64,000 nt of DNA, from contig CM119265.1 in the NCBI GenBank assembly GCA_051294375.1, positions 29,040,540-29,104,539 on the forward strand, given 5' to 3'. Of this stretch, positions 1 to 20,370 are shown one piece after another. This stretch comes from Paraspadella gotoi. Its lineage: Eukaryota; Animalia; Chaetognatha. Within the stretch, counting starts at the first letter, position 1. The number at the start of each line of letters is the position of its first letter. A model generated the notes under the pieces. That model was given only the letters and a program-made list of their open reading frames with translations, was not told where the DNA came from and ran no database searches. The translations under genes were made by a program, and so were the position numbers.

Positions 1-44
1 TGTTTTCTTTTCATACAACTTGTGATAAAATTAATTAGCTCATC

Positions 45-560
45 AAGTCAACTGGCATAATTTGGTCCACTGGCATGAATTGGTCAACTGGTATAATTTG
101 GTTTAAATGCTTAATTTGGTTAAGTGACATAATTAGATCAAATTGCTTAATTTGGCAACCGGCATAATTTGGTCAACTTGCATAATTCAATCAACTTGCA
201 TAATTTAATCAACTTTCATAATTTAATCGACTTGCATTATTTAATCAACTGGTATAATTTGGTCAACTGACAGAATATGGCCAACTGGCATAATTTGGTT
301 AACCGGCATAATTTGGTTAACTGGCATAATTTTTTTCAACTTGTATAATTTGGTCAACTTGCAAAATGTGGTCAACTGGCATTACTTATTCAACTGGCAT
401 AATTTGGTCAACTTGCATAATTTGGCAAATTGTTGTAATTTGGTCAACCGGCATAATTTGGTCAATTGACATAATCTGTTCAACTGTAAAATTTGGTCAA
501 CTGGCATAATTTGGTCAATTGGCATAATTTGGTCAATCAATCAATCAATCAATCAATCAA
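45..560. repeat. 18-bp minisatellite (ACTGGCATAATTTGGTCA)n, about 27 degenerate copies, running into (TCAA)n
   Basis: Unit starts at 51, 69, 87 and at 501, 519 give an 18-bp period. A single further copy lies at about 34247-34264. Confidence 0.9.
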
Positions 561-761
561 TGATTCTGAGAGAGATAGAGAGAAAATTTAAAAAATTGAC
601 ATAAATGTTTCTTTTGGTTTTCTGTTTTAAACTCTTTTCCACTCCTACGATTTCAATTTTTCAAATTCAAAATTAATTTATTTCAATTTTGTTATTAGAC
701 ATACAAATCAAGTTTCTTTAATTTTATCTTTGTTGTACATTGCTCAAATGAAATTGCTTAT

Positions 762-813
<52 letters not shown>

Positions 814-980
814 ACCAAATTTCACTTCTTTTCACCACTTATTCAATCTAGCCTAAACTAAATCTGTCCTCTACACTGACCACTAATCTGTCTCAATTCA
901 TTGTTGGAAACTTTAACCTTTTCTGTCTCTCTCTCTCTCTTTCTTTAACTCACAAAAATATACCATTATTCACAACTGTT

Positions 981-1034
981 AAGAAGCGCTGATGAAGACT
1001 CGAAAATCCCAGAGTCGAAACATGTCTGCATTTT
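981..1034 (+). ncRNA. Minimal type I hammerhead ribozyme (Penelope-like retroelement type)
   Basis: Core CTGATGA 989-995, extra A996, stem II GACTC 997-1001 / GAGTC 1012-1016, GAAA 1017-1020, palindromic ACATGT 1020-1025 as minimal stem III, GTC cleavage triplet ending 1026, imperfect stem I AAGAAGCG 981-988 / TGCATTTT 1027-1034. Confidence 0.8.
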
Positions 1035-1084
1035 GATAAATAAATAATTGTAACAATTCATAATTCTTTGTAAATAGATAAATT

Positions 1085-1870
1085 ATGAAAAAAAATTATG
1101 TCTGTCTGTGTCTGTCTGTCTGTCTGTCCGTCCAACCGTCCGTCCGTCCATCTGTCAGTCCGTTCTTCCTACCTTAGCAATAAACCCCAATTACTCGTGA
1201 TTGGATGGATGGATTTTAGCTGAATGGAAAAAAATAAAAAAATAAATTTCATTATTTTAACACTAATTGCTCATGATTTGATTGGGCGATTGACCTGAAA
1301 TTTTGTATGTGGGTAGAATCATGTGTGAGCAAGCTGGAAATCAAGTTTCGATGGAAACGTCTGAGTGGAAATGAGTTTAAATGGAAAAAATAAAAACCTG
1401 TTTCGCTAATTAATTATGCTTCTTTTTCTTTTTCTATTAAATGTAAATGCAAGATGTATTAAATATTCAAAATAGTAATCAGTTAATTAATCAATTAGTC
1501 AATTAATTAATCAATAAATGATTAATCAGTCAATCAATCAAGTCAATCGTTATCCGTATTATTCTCATCGTCGTCATTGCTTTTGTCGTGGTTAGTGACG
1601 AAAAGACCTAAAAACAAACATTTGGGATTAAATTAATTAATTAATTGACTAATTAAATAATTATTTAATTAATAATTAATTACTGATAATGATCGTGGGC
1701 AGATCCAACATTGTTTGCTCAAACTTTTTTCCATTTAAACTCATTTCCACTCGGAGGATTCCATCAAAACTTTATATCTAGTTCAATCACACACCTCCCT
1801 ACCGAAACAAAAAATTTCAATCCAAACCATCCATCCAATCACGAGTAATTGGAGTTTTTTGCTAAGGTGG

Positions 1871-1925
<55 letters not shown>

Positions 1926-1955
1926 GGACGGATGGACATTGTTTTTTTGCATGAG
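1085..1955. mobile_element. Foldback/inverted-repeat element with (GTCT)n/(CAGA)n microsatellite arms
   Basis: 1168-1215 (CCTACCTTAGCAATAAACCCCAATTACTCGTGATTGGATGGATGG) is inverted at about 1825-1871, and 1345-1390 is inverted at about 1725-1771. The AT-rich spacer is 1400-1720. Confidence 0.7.
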
Positions 1956-2175
1956 TTATCTTAATTCGATATTCTTACATGATATATGTGAATGCCTGAC
2001 AAGATTGAGAGAGTGGACCGACCGACCGACAAAGTGAATAATAGAGTCGGGATCTGCTTATGAGCAGAATAAAGTTATCATTCATTTAATAAATAAGCTA
2101 TCTTGTCCCTGTTGTGGTGGTTTAAGGCCTTCATCACTCTTAAAAAATATTATGAGATAATTTTTTTTGTTACAG

Positions 2176-11704
<9,529 letters not shown>

Positions 11705-13979
11705 ATTTAAAAAAAAAAATATTTGTACAGTCTTTTGCAAAAAAGAAAAAAGAAAAAGAGGACATCTTAAAAAATTACCCACATAAATCGTGTTAGATTC
11801 ATTTATTATAAAAGTTTTAAAGGTTAATAATGTTAATGAAAAAAAATTATTGCTTCAAATTTGGTTAAAATTTAACAATCCGTTCGGAAGCAATGATTTT
11901 TTAAACATAAGTACTCAAATAGCCGAAGAGTAAAAAATAATTAACATTTTTAATCCTCTTTTATAATCTTTAAAATGACTCATTTTAACTTATATATATA
12001 GATTCCATTTTTAAAAATCTATATTTACCATTCATTTTTTTTTCATAGGAATTTATATTTGTATACTTGTCATTATACGCCTATGTATATTGTTTGGAAC
12101 TTCCAGGCATTGTTGATCCCTGTTTATTTGTAATTTTTAAACCCAGAAATCTAGAAATCAACGAAACAAGGTGCTAAAGACGGAACTGTTTTTAATCCAT
12201 TTTGCTTGCAATTTTCTTTCAAATTCCTAACATTAAAAATTTTAAATTGTTTAAGGTGGTGCATAACACACTTCAAAGTTATTTATATTCGTAATTAGAA
12301 AAAATATTTAATTGTTCCAATAAAGAAAAAAAATACATTAATAATTTCTTTCCGTTAATTTACTTTATATCCGTTTTTTTCTGACAAATAAAGGCGGGCT
12401 CGATCGATAATCAGTGTCGTCGCCCGAGGCATAAGATCTTCTTCTAGTAAAGGACAGCAGCCCGATTATATCCTTGTTCCTTCGCCTAAAGAAAAAAAAT
12501 TACTGTCATAACGTGCGCTTACCTGTTCACAGGACTAAAATAAAACCATGAACATTTTGGAACAAGGTGGACGCAAGATTTGTAGAAAAAATCAAAAGAC
12601 GAGAAATTTAAATTCTAATTAAATGACATCACATTGCATCAATATTGTGTAATGTCACCAGAAAGCGAATTGCCTTTGAGCACATTCTTTTTAAATAATC
12701 CCTTCATGAAGGTTATTCTAACGTACTCTCAACTACCTCTTACGATTGGAAAAATACTTTTTTGTCTCTCCTTCAAATTAAACCAGAAATTGGCGCAGTT
12801 TACCTTTGAGATCATGTTCATCAATTTCATTTCTCCTTCTTTTACGAGAGTTGGCCGCCTATGAACAACCATTTGCGATATAAAAAACGATGAGCCGTTG
12901 GGCCCTATGGCGGATAGCAACCATACAACTAATAACTTTAATTCGTAATAAAAATGGGAGCTGTTATAAATAGCAGCAGTTCAATATCTCTTTTAGTCTG
13001 AACGATGCCTCTTAACGAATTTATCATTGATAATTTTTCTCACCAAGAAATTAAAAATAATCGGGGAATGTTTCAAGCAGAGTAAAACAAAGCAAACATA
13101 TCCAGTAACATCAATCCATTTTACAAAGGCAAACAAATATATTGAAATATAATTCTACTCTCAGAGATATATTATTTTCATAATACTAGGATAGAGTTCC
13201 ATACTGTTCAAATATGCGTACCCAATATATTTTTATTAAACGCCCAAGACCAGTATATTACTCATTTTAAATTTTCAAATTAGTGATCGCGCCCAACGTT
13301 AATCTGTCTTTCCTCTCTCACCATTTTCACTTCTTTTCATAACTTTATGCGCAACCCGCGTTACAATATCGTCGCAAACGCTAGAGCGGTTGAGACGATT
13401 TAAAAATAGAAAAAGAAAGAAAGAATAAAAGGGAAAAAGAATAGAAAGGAAAGAAAGAAAAATAGAAAGGAAAAGAAGCGAATGATAAAGGAAAGAAAAA
13501 CATTAAAAGGAGAAGAGAAGCCAAAATCGTTTCGGGACGAAATCAGCAGCGGTCCCGCCCGCCAGAAGAGGCACCCAGAAAAAAAAGAAGAAATCAAAAA
13601 GGCAGCAGCAAAAGCAGCAGCGATCAGAGAAAGAGAGAAAAAAAATAAGCCACTGCAGACTCGTCTTTTCCCTTATGAATCAGTGACTAGGGAAATGAGG
13701 ACGCACCGGCCCTGAGAGATACAATAAGAAAAGAAAAACGATGAGTAATTTTAATTGAAACCTGACGACGAATCTATTTTTTATTTTTCAAGGAGAAAAA
13801 CGTTATAATTATAAATCTTATCAACTTCAGAAATTGTGCGCGTAGGCATAGCGCGGCCAGCGGCTGCAGGTGGCGGACTGCCAGCGGCGGCATTGAAGTG
13901 GTTTCAAGAAAAAGGGAGGAACGAATCGGGAGCGGAAATCTCTCTCTCTCTGTCTCTCTCTCTCTCTCTCTTCTCTCTT

Positions 13980-14024
<45 letters not shown>

Positions 14025-14519
14025 GTGATCTGCTCTCATCTCTCTCTCTTCTCTCTCTCTCTCTTTCTCTCCTCTCTCTCTCTCTCTTCTCTCTCTCTTC
14101 TTCTTTCGATTGTCTACTGTCTTTCTCTCTCTTTAAAACGGTTACCGATTTCGTTGATTTAAACGCAAATGGAAACGCAATATCGGTTTCTTTTCACGTC
14201 TTCATCTTTGACAGTTTTAGTTAAAAGGAGAAAAAGTGAGAAAAAAGGAAAAAGTGTTTTTCTTTTTCTTTCTTTTTCTTTTTTTCCTTTATTTTCCTTT
14301 CTTTTCCTTTTTTTCATTTTTTTCTTTTTTTTCCTTTTCCTTACTTTTCTTTTCTTTTCTTTTCTTTTCTTTTCTTTTCTTTTCTTTTCTTTTCTTTTCT
14401 TTTCTTTTCTTTTCTTTTCTTTTCTTTTATTTTCTTTCTTCTTTAATTATGCATCATAAACTTAAAACTTAAAACTTACTTACTTAAAACACCGATGCTA
14501 AGAAAAAAGCCCTAATTTT

Positions 14520-14962
14520 TTTTAGTTGCGCCGCGGAGCAACTCTACAAGTCACTTTTTGGTCGGTCTGTCGGCCTGTCGACCACGTATATTAAAAATGC
14601 TCATAATTCTCCTATAGTCAGTTGCTCATTTGTTAAGAAGGGAAATATCATCAAATCTGTGACTGTTAGCGCCGCCTTCACAAAATCCTAAAACTATAAA
14701 GAATAAAAGAGGAAATTCTGATGCAGGCTAAGAAAGTTATTGTAGTCATGTAGTCATGTAGTCTCTTCCCTCTCGTGATGCTCACTTTTTACCCCGGCAT
14801 TGCAGATCGTTGGGTCAGGGGTTCCTTTCTCTTATTCCGTGATCCTCCACGTTGATGATGTAGTCACGTGATCACAGGGAAATACACCTGAATAAAAAGT
14901 CACTGCGGCGCAACTCATTTTTTTGGGGTTGCACTCTCGAGTACTTCCGAGAGTTAACCTTG
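14520..14962 (+). mobile_element. Helentron/DINE-1-like non-autonomous element
   Basis: Subterminal inverted repeats AGTTGCGCCGC 14524-14534 / GCGGCGCAACT 14905-14915. Short internal partner GCAACT near the 5' copy, GGTC/GTC microsatellite-like tract at about 14558-14580, 3' hairpin ACTCTCG 14933-14939 / CGAGAGT 14948-14954, T-rich 5' flank. Confidence 0.6.
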
Positions 14963-16319
14963 GTAAAAAGGTTTTGTACTATTTATGTACCTTAATATAC
15001 ATTTTATAGTTAATTATTGGAATTTACAATTAAAAACAGTTAAAAGGCAATACATAGAAATTATCGTTTGTGATTTTTCTCTACTTTCTTATTCCGAGAT
15101 CAGAGTTTTTCACGTTGAAAGTGAAGGGACTCAATATAAATCGCATTTCACCGTTTATGCGAATATCGATAAAAGAGAGAGAGAGAGAGAGAGAGANNNN
15201 NNNNNNNNNNNNNNNNNNNNNTCTTCCTCTCTCTCCTCTCTCTCTCTCTCTCTCATCTCCTCCTCCTCACTCTCTCTCTCTCTTATCTCTCTCTCTCTCG
15301 TCTCCGTCTCTCTCTCTCTCTCTCTCTCTCCTCCTCTCTCTCTCTCTCTCCTCCTCCTCATCTTAATTCCTTTATCGATATTCGCAATAATCGAAATCGT
15401 CGAAATGCGATTGTATTTATTGATCCCTTCAGGAGAGAGAGAGAGAGAGAGAGACGGCCTTTATCGAAGGTCCTTCGTGCCTTTACCTCAAGAGTTTGAG
15501 TTGTTTTGTCAGTTGTTTTGATGACCTGGTTGTTTCATCTGGTTGTTTCGTCAGGTTGTTTCGTCTGGTTGTATTTTAAAATTGTTTCGTCATGTTGTTT
15601 CGTCGGCTGTCATTTCTTTTCCCTCAAAATATGATTTGCTTTTTTCGCTTTTTTTCTTTGTTCTGTTTTGCTTTTTTATTTTTACTTTTTGCTCTTTTTT
15701 TCTTTTGCTCTTTTTATGGTTGGTTTTTTCCGTTGTTCTTTTTTTTTACTCCTTTCTTAAAATATGAATTTTATTTCCTCACCGCTAAGAAAAGATAGCT
15801 ATCTAACCTTTTTATTCAATGCTTATTTAAAACGTACACTATTTATAAACTGTAAAATCCATAAAGAAAATCAAAATGTGACAAAAACGTCTGTAAAATA
15901 TGGAGAGAAAGAGTTTCGCTAACTTACTAACTCTGTCTTTGTCTCTGATCAAATCATGGATAAAGTTAGTTTATTTATTTAAGGAATATATATTTTGTTC
16001 GTACCGATTTCGTAAATTACAACTAAAATTAGTTTAAAATTTTTGATAATCTTTTTATCTCTAAATCTTAACTTAAAATACTTTCTTAAAGTCAATTTAT
16101 TTTTCTTTTAAATCATTTTTTATTCTATTGTTTTTTGTTTTTTTTTCAAATGCGTTTGTTTTGCGTCGACAATTAGAAATAATTGCATCTTAATCTAACT
16201 TTTATCTTTCTCCATTTTATTCTAAATCTCTTTTTCTCTCAGAGGCGAAGCTTATGATTTATAAGCGAGATAATCGCCCTGTTTATTGTTCGAGTCTTCT
16301 GCACTGAGATGAAGGGTAC

Positions 16320-17205
16320 GCGTCCGTGGGTCGGCCAGGTCCGTTGTCGGTCGGTCGTCCATCGCTCGGCCTAGCCGTAGGGTTGGGCTATGGTCCGTTG
16401 GTCGTCGCGTCCGTAGGCGTCAGTCGGTCGTTGGTCGGCCGGTCCGCTCGGTACGGCCGTAGTGCCGTTTGTGTCGGCTCGGTCCGTTGGTTCGGGCTCT
16501 TGGTCCAATCGGTCGGTCCCCGCTCCGTTTGGTCTGTCGCCGGTCCATCGGTCGGTCCGCTCCGTTGGTCGGTCGGCCGGTCCGTTGGCTTCGGTGTCGA
16601 TTCAAGCGACAAGGTCCATGGTCGGCGTCAGTCCGTTCGCTCGGCCAGGTCCATTTGGTCGGTCAGTCCGTCACTCGGTCCGGTCCGTCGTCGGCCAGTC
16701 GTTGGTTCGGTCAGTCCGATTCGCCCGGGCCGGTCCCGTAGGTTTTGGCCAGGGTCCTCTGGATCGGTCGGTCGGTCCGTTGGTCGGCCGGTTCCGATGG
16801 TTCTGGTCAGTCTCGCATCGGCCGCTCCGTATGGGTCGGTCGGTCCGTAGGCTCGCCGTCCGTTGGTCGGTCTGGTCGGTCGGCTGGTCCAGTTGTCGAT
16901 CGTTGTCCTCGGTCTGATCCGTAAGGTCGGCCGCGTCCGTTCGGTCGTTGTCGGTTGGGTCCTGTCGGCGGTCGTCGTGCTCGGGGGTCGTCGTCCGGTG
17001 GTCGTTTTCTGTCGGTCAGTCGGTCCGTATGGTCGGCGTTCTGTGGTCGCGCTTCGTCGTCGGCCGGTCTGTTGGTCAGTCGGTCCGTAGGTCGGCCGGT
17101 CCCGTCTGGTCGGCCGGAATCTTGTGTCGTCAGTCGGGTCCGTGTGCGTCAGGTTCGCTGTCGTCGGAACCGGTCGTCGGTCAGTCGGCTCCGTCGGCCA
17201 GTCAA
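16320..17205. repeat. Long degenerate GC-rich (GGTC)n/(GTCC)n microsatellite tract
   Basis: Continuous GGTCGGTC/GGTCCGT variants. ORFs here are low-complexity artefacts. Confidence 0.8.
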
Positions 17206-17334
17206 AATTTTCGAAGGAATAAGGAATGAAAGAGTCGCCCTCATATCACAGGAGGAAATTAAATAGGAATAATTACTCACAAAACAGAATAGTGAAGATA
17301 TTATTGTTTTAACTATTTTAAAACTTCTATCTGG

Positions 17335-17487
17335 CTCTAGGATTGAGGGATCGGGGTTTTTCCACGCCCCCAAGACGATTTATGGCCGTCTTCATGCTGC
17401 CCAATGGGTTGATACCAATCGGGATAAATCCCAGTATCTATTCGTCATGAATGTGATAGGTTTAACTCAATGAGCCACCGGGTTACA
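17335..17487 (-). mobile_element. Diverged partial copy of tRNA-derived SINE
   Basis: Shares GGGTTTTTCCACGCCCCCAAGACG..TGGCCGTC and ACTCAATGAGCCACCGGGTTA with 59180-59388 and 61410-61627. Confidence 0.65.
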
Positions 17488-18478
17488 ACTATAGAGAAGT
17501 TGTCGTGACGCTCGACTACAACATAAAACAATAAAAAAAGAAATAGAAAAAAATGAGAAAAAACATAGAAAATTAAAATGTATGAAAATAAAAATGATAA
17601 ACTAAAGAAAAAAAAGGGAAAAGACAAAAGGTTAATGACAAAAAGTTAATGACAAAAGGGAAAAGACAAAAGGTTAATGACCCTCAGTTGGTCGAATCAA
17701 TATAAACTGTTGATGATGATAAAATCGATGATGAGAATGATAGTAATGACAGCGATGATAAATGATGACGACAACAACGACAACAACAACAACTACAACA
17801 ACAACAAGAACTTCATCTCCTCATCTTTCAAATTCTGACGCGAATCAAATCGAGGAATTGAATTCGGTCGTCGATCAAACGAAACCAAATCTCCAATTCT
17901 TAAGCCCAAAATCTTGGCCCAAAATTTTAGCCCAAAATTTTAGCCCAAAACTTTGGCCCCCAAAAATAGCCAATATAATTTAGTTCAAACAAATTATCCG
18001 AAATAAGATTTTCTTTAGCCAATCTCTTTTCTAATTAACCTAATTCCGAATTTAGAGTAAAATGAAACGTTCTTGGAAAATAATCTTTGGCCCAAATTTA
18101 TTTTGTCAGGTTTAAAAACAAAAATTTTAATTTCTTGTTTAACCTAAAATTAAATTAAAACAGAAAGAAAAGAAAAGTTTAAATAATAATGAGTCAAGTT
18201 TGAGCTTGCCAAATCATGTCAGATAACGTCGGGTTATTACGGGTCATGTCAGATAACGTCGTTTCATGACGGGTCATGTCATATAACGTTGGGTCATGTC
18301 GGGTCATACATGATGAAATTGTTTTGAGATGATCTGATAAAAAGGTCACAGAAGGTCGATCTTTAACTTAACGAGAATCGATGTGAAGAAAACTTCGAAT
18401 TTCGAGATAATAAACTCATTCTATTTGCGGTCTTGATCATAAAATGAGCCGAGGTCGACTGTATTTTACGGAATTTAA

Positions 18479-18529
<51 letters not shown>

Positions 18530-19744
18530 TTGTTGTTGTTGTCATTTGTGTTGTTGTTGTTATGACTGGCTCCCACGGCGGCGAATTTTAGATTTAGATT
18601 TCGTTCAAATCGATTCTGGCGTCGTGGGGGAGAAGGGGAGGAGAGAGGGAGGAAGGGAAGGAAGGAGAGAGGAAGGAAGGGAGGAAAAAGGAGAGGAGAG
18701 GGAGGAGGGAAAGAGAGGGAGGAGGGAGCGAGAAGGGTAGGAGAGAGAAAGAGACGGAGAAGGGGAGGAGAGAGGGAGGAAGGGAGGAAAAACCTTAGGA
18801 AATAGGAAATGAGGAGCGTTTGATGATTAACGTAAATAATCTTAAAGCGATTAATTTTTCTCTCAATGACGAGAAAGGGGAAAGATGATGACATATATAG
18901 GACGAGGGGAGATTAGACTGGCGAGAGGACGAGCTGTTAGGAGAGGGGAGGAGAGAGAGAGAACGGAGGAGAGAGGGGAGGAAGGAGAGAGGGAGAGGTA
19001 AAGAGAAGAGGGAGAAGGGGACGGAGAGGATAGAAGGTTAGGGGGGAAAAGGAAGAAGGAGAAGGAAGAGAGGGGAGAAGCGAGAGAGGCGGGAGGAGAG
19101 GGAAGATGTGAAGAGGGAGGGGAGAAGGGAGAGAGGGGAGATGGAGGAGAGGGAGGGGAGAGAGAGCGGAGAAGGGAGAGTGGGGAGAGGAGAGGGAGAT
19201 GGAGAGAGGGGAGGGAGAGAGAGGGGAGAAGAAAGAGAGGGGAAAGGAGAGGGAGATGAAAGAGAGAGGAGGGTAGATGAAGGAGTGGGATGGAGAGAGA
19301 GAAGGAATAAGGAGAGTAAGAAAAGTTTGAAGGCGACAAATAGGAAATCGTTTCGTAATTGGTTAAAGTTTTGAGTCTTGTCCTTCATAATTCTGAACAA
19401 TTAAAGGATAAGAGAGAAAATACACCTGGGGAAGTTTGTTTCTTTTGTCGAGAGTGAGAGAGAGAGAGAGAGAGGAGGAGAGAGAGAGCAAGAGACGAGA
19501 GAGAGAGAGAGATACATTCGTTAATTACCCGCGATATATTTATTGTTTTGAAAGAGAATCCAATTCGGCACAGTGGAAAATGTTCAGACAAGATTAAGCG
19601 CGATCGTTCTTTTTTTTCTTTGGGCAAATTTCACCACGACCAAAAAAAAAAATAAAACAAAAGGTCATACAATGTTTGGACTTATTTTCCCAGCCAGCCC
19701 CATTTATTCTTAAATTCCTTTTTTAGAAATTAATACTTGGTTAT

Positions 19745-20370
19745 TAAGGCGTTAGTGAAAGTTACGTATGAAAATTCTAAAGGTCAATTATGAAACACAT
19801 GACCATCAGTGCACATTTTAATTTGTAAAAAAAATTAATTTTAGTTTTTTAATTTTTGCCAGTAGGCTTATATTATTATATGAGTTACTACCTTATAAAA
19901 TCGAAAAATTTTCAAACATACTTTTCTTAATTTTATATTGCCAGATTTGAATCCTCCGCTGTCAAAAGTTGATAAAGAAAAATCATAAATTATTTTGAAA
20001 AATTCTTTTCATTAAGTCGCCGTTAAAAATTACAAAACTATATTTTAATATATGATAAAGTTAAGTTGTTCAGCCCTTAACAGATTATAAGTTTTTTCTC
20101 GATTTGACCCAACTTAGATGGCAGGATGTTTGTTTAAAAAAGAGTATGATTTTCTTTTCCGATTCAACTTTTTATGACGAACTCCAACATCTCGCAAAAA
20201 ATCTTAGAAAAAACTGTTTTAAAATTTTTAACACGTTAATTGGATTAGTACTAGTATAAATACTTGCGCCTACTGCCGTTAAATTGTAAAATTTATTATA
20301 AAAATTTTTTTATACATTAAATGTTCATTCAGTATAATGTTGTTCGATTCCTCACTTTTAGAATTTAATT
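19745..20370. mobile_element. Degenerate AT-rich foldback element related to the hAT-like MITE at 39885-40306
   Basis: 19885-20050 resembles the reverse complement of about 40030-40200. Internal inverted segments include CAGTAGGC at 19860 / GCCTACTG at 20268. Confidence 0.45.

Noticed and set aside
45-540. CRISPR-like regular array
   Set aside because: Contiguous 18-bp units with no unique spacers, eukaryotic context, no cas genes.
16326-17266. Cluster of overlapping ORFs in all frames
   Set aside because: Products of a stop-poor GGTC microsatellite.
18640-19320. ORFs in purine-rich tract (and similar ER/SL-repeat ORFs elsewhere)
   Set aside because: Low-complexity GA/CT microsatellite translation.
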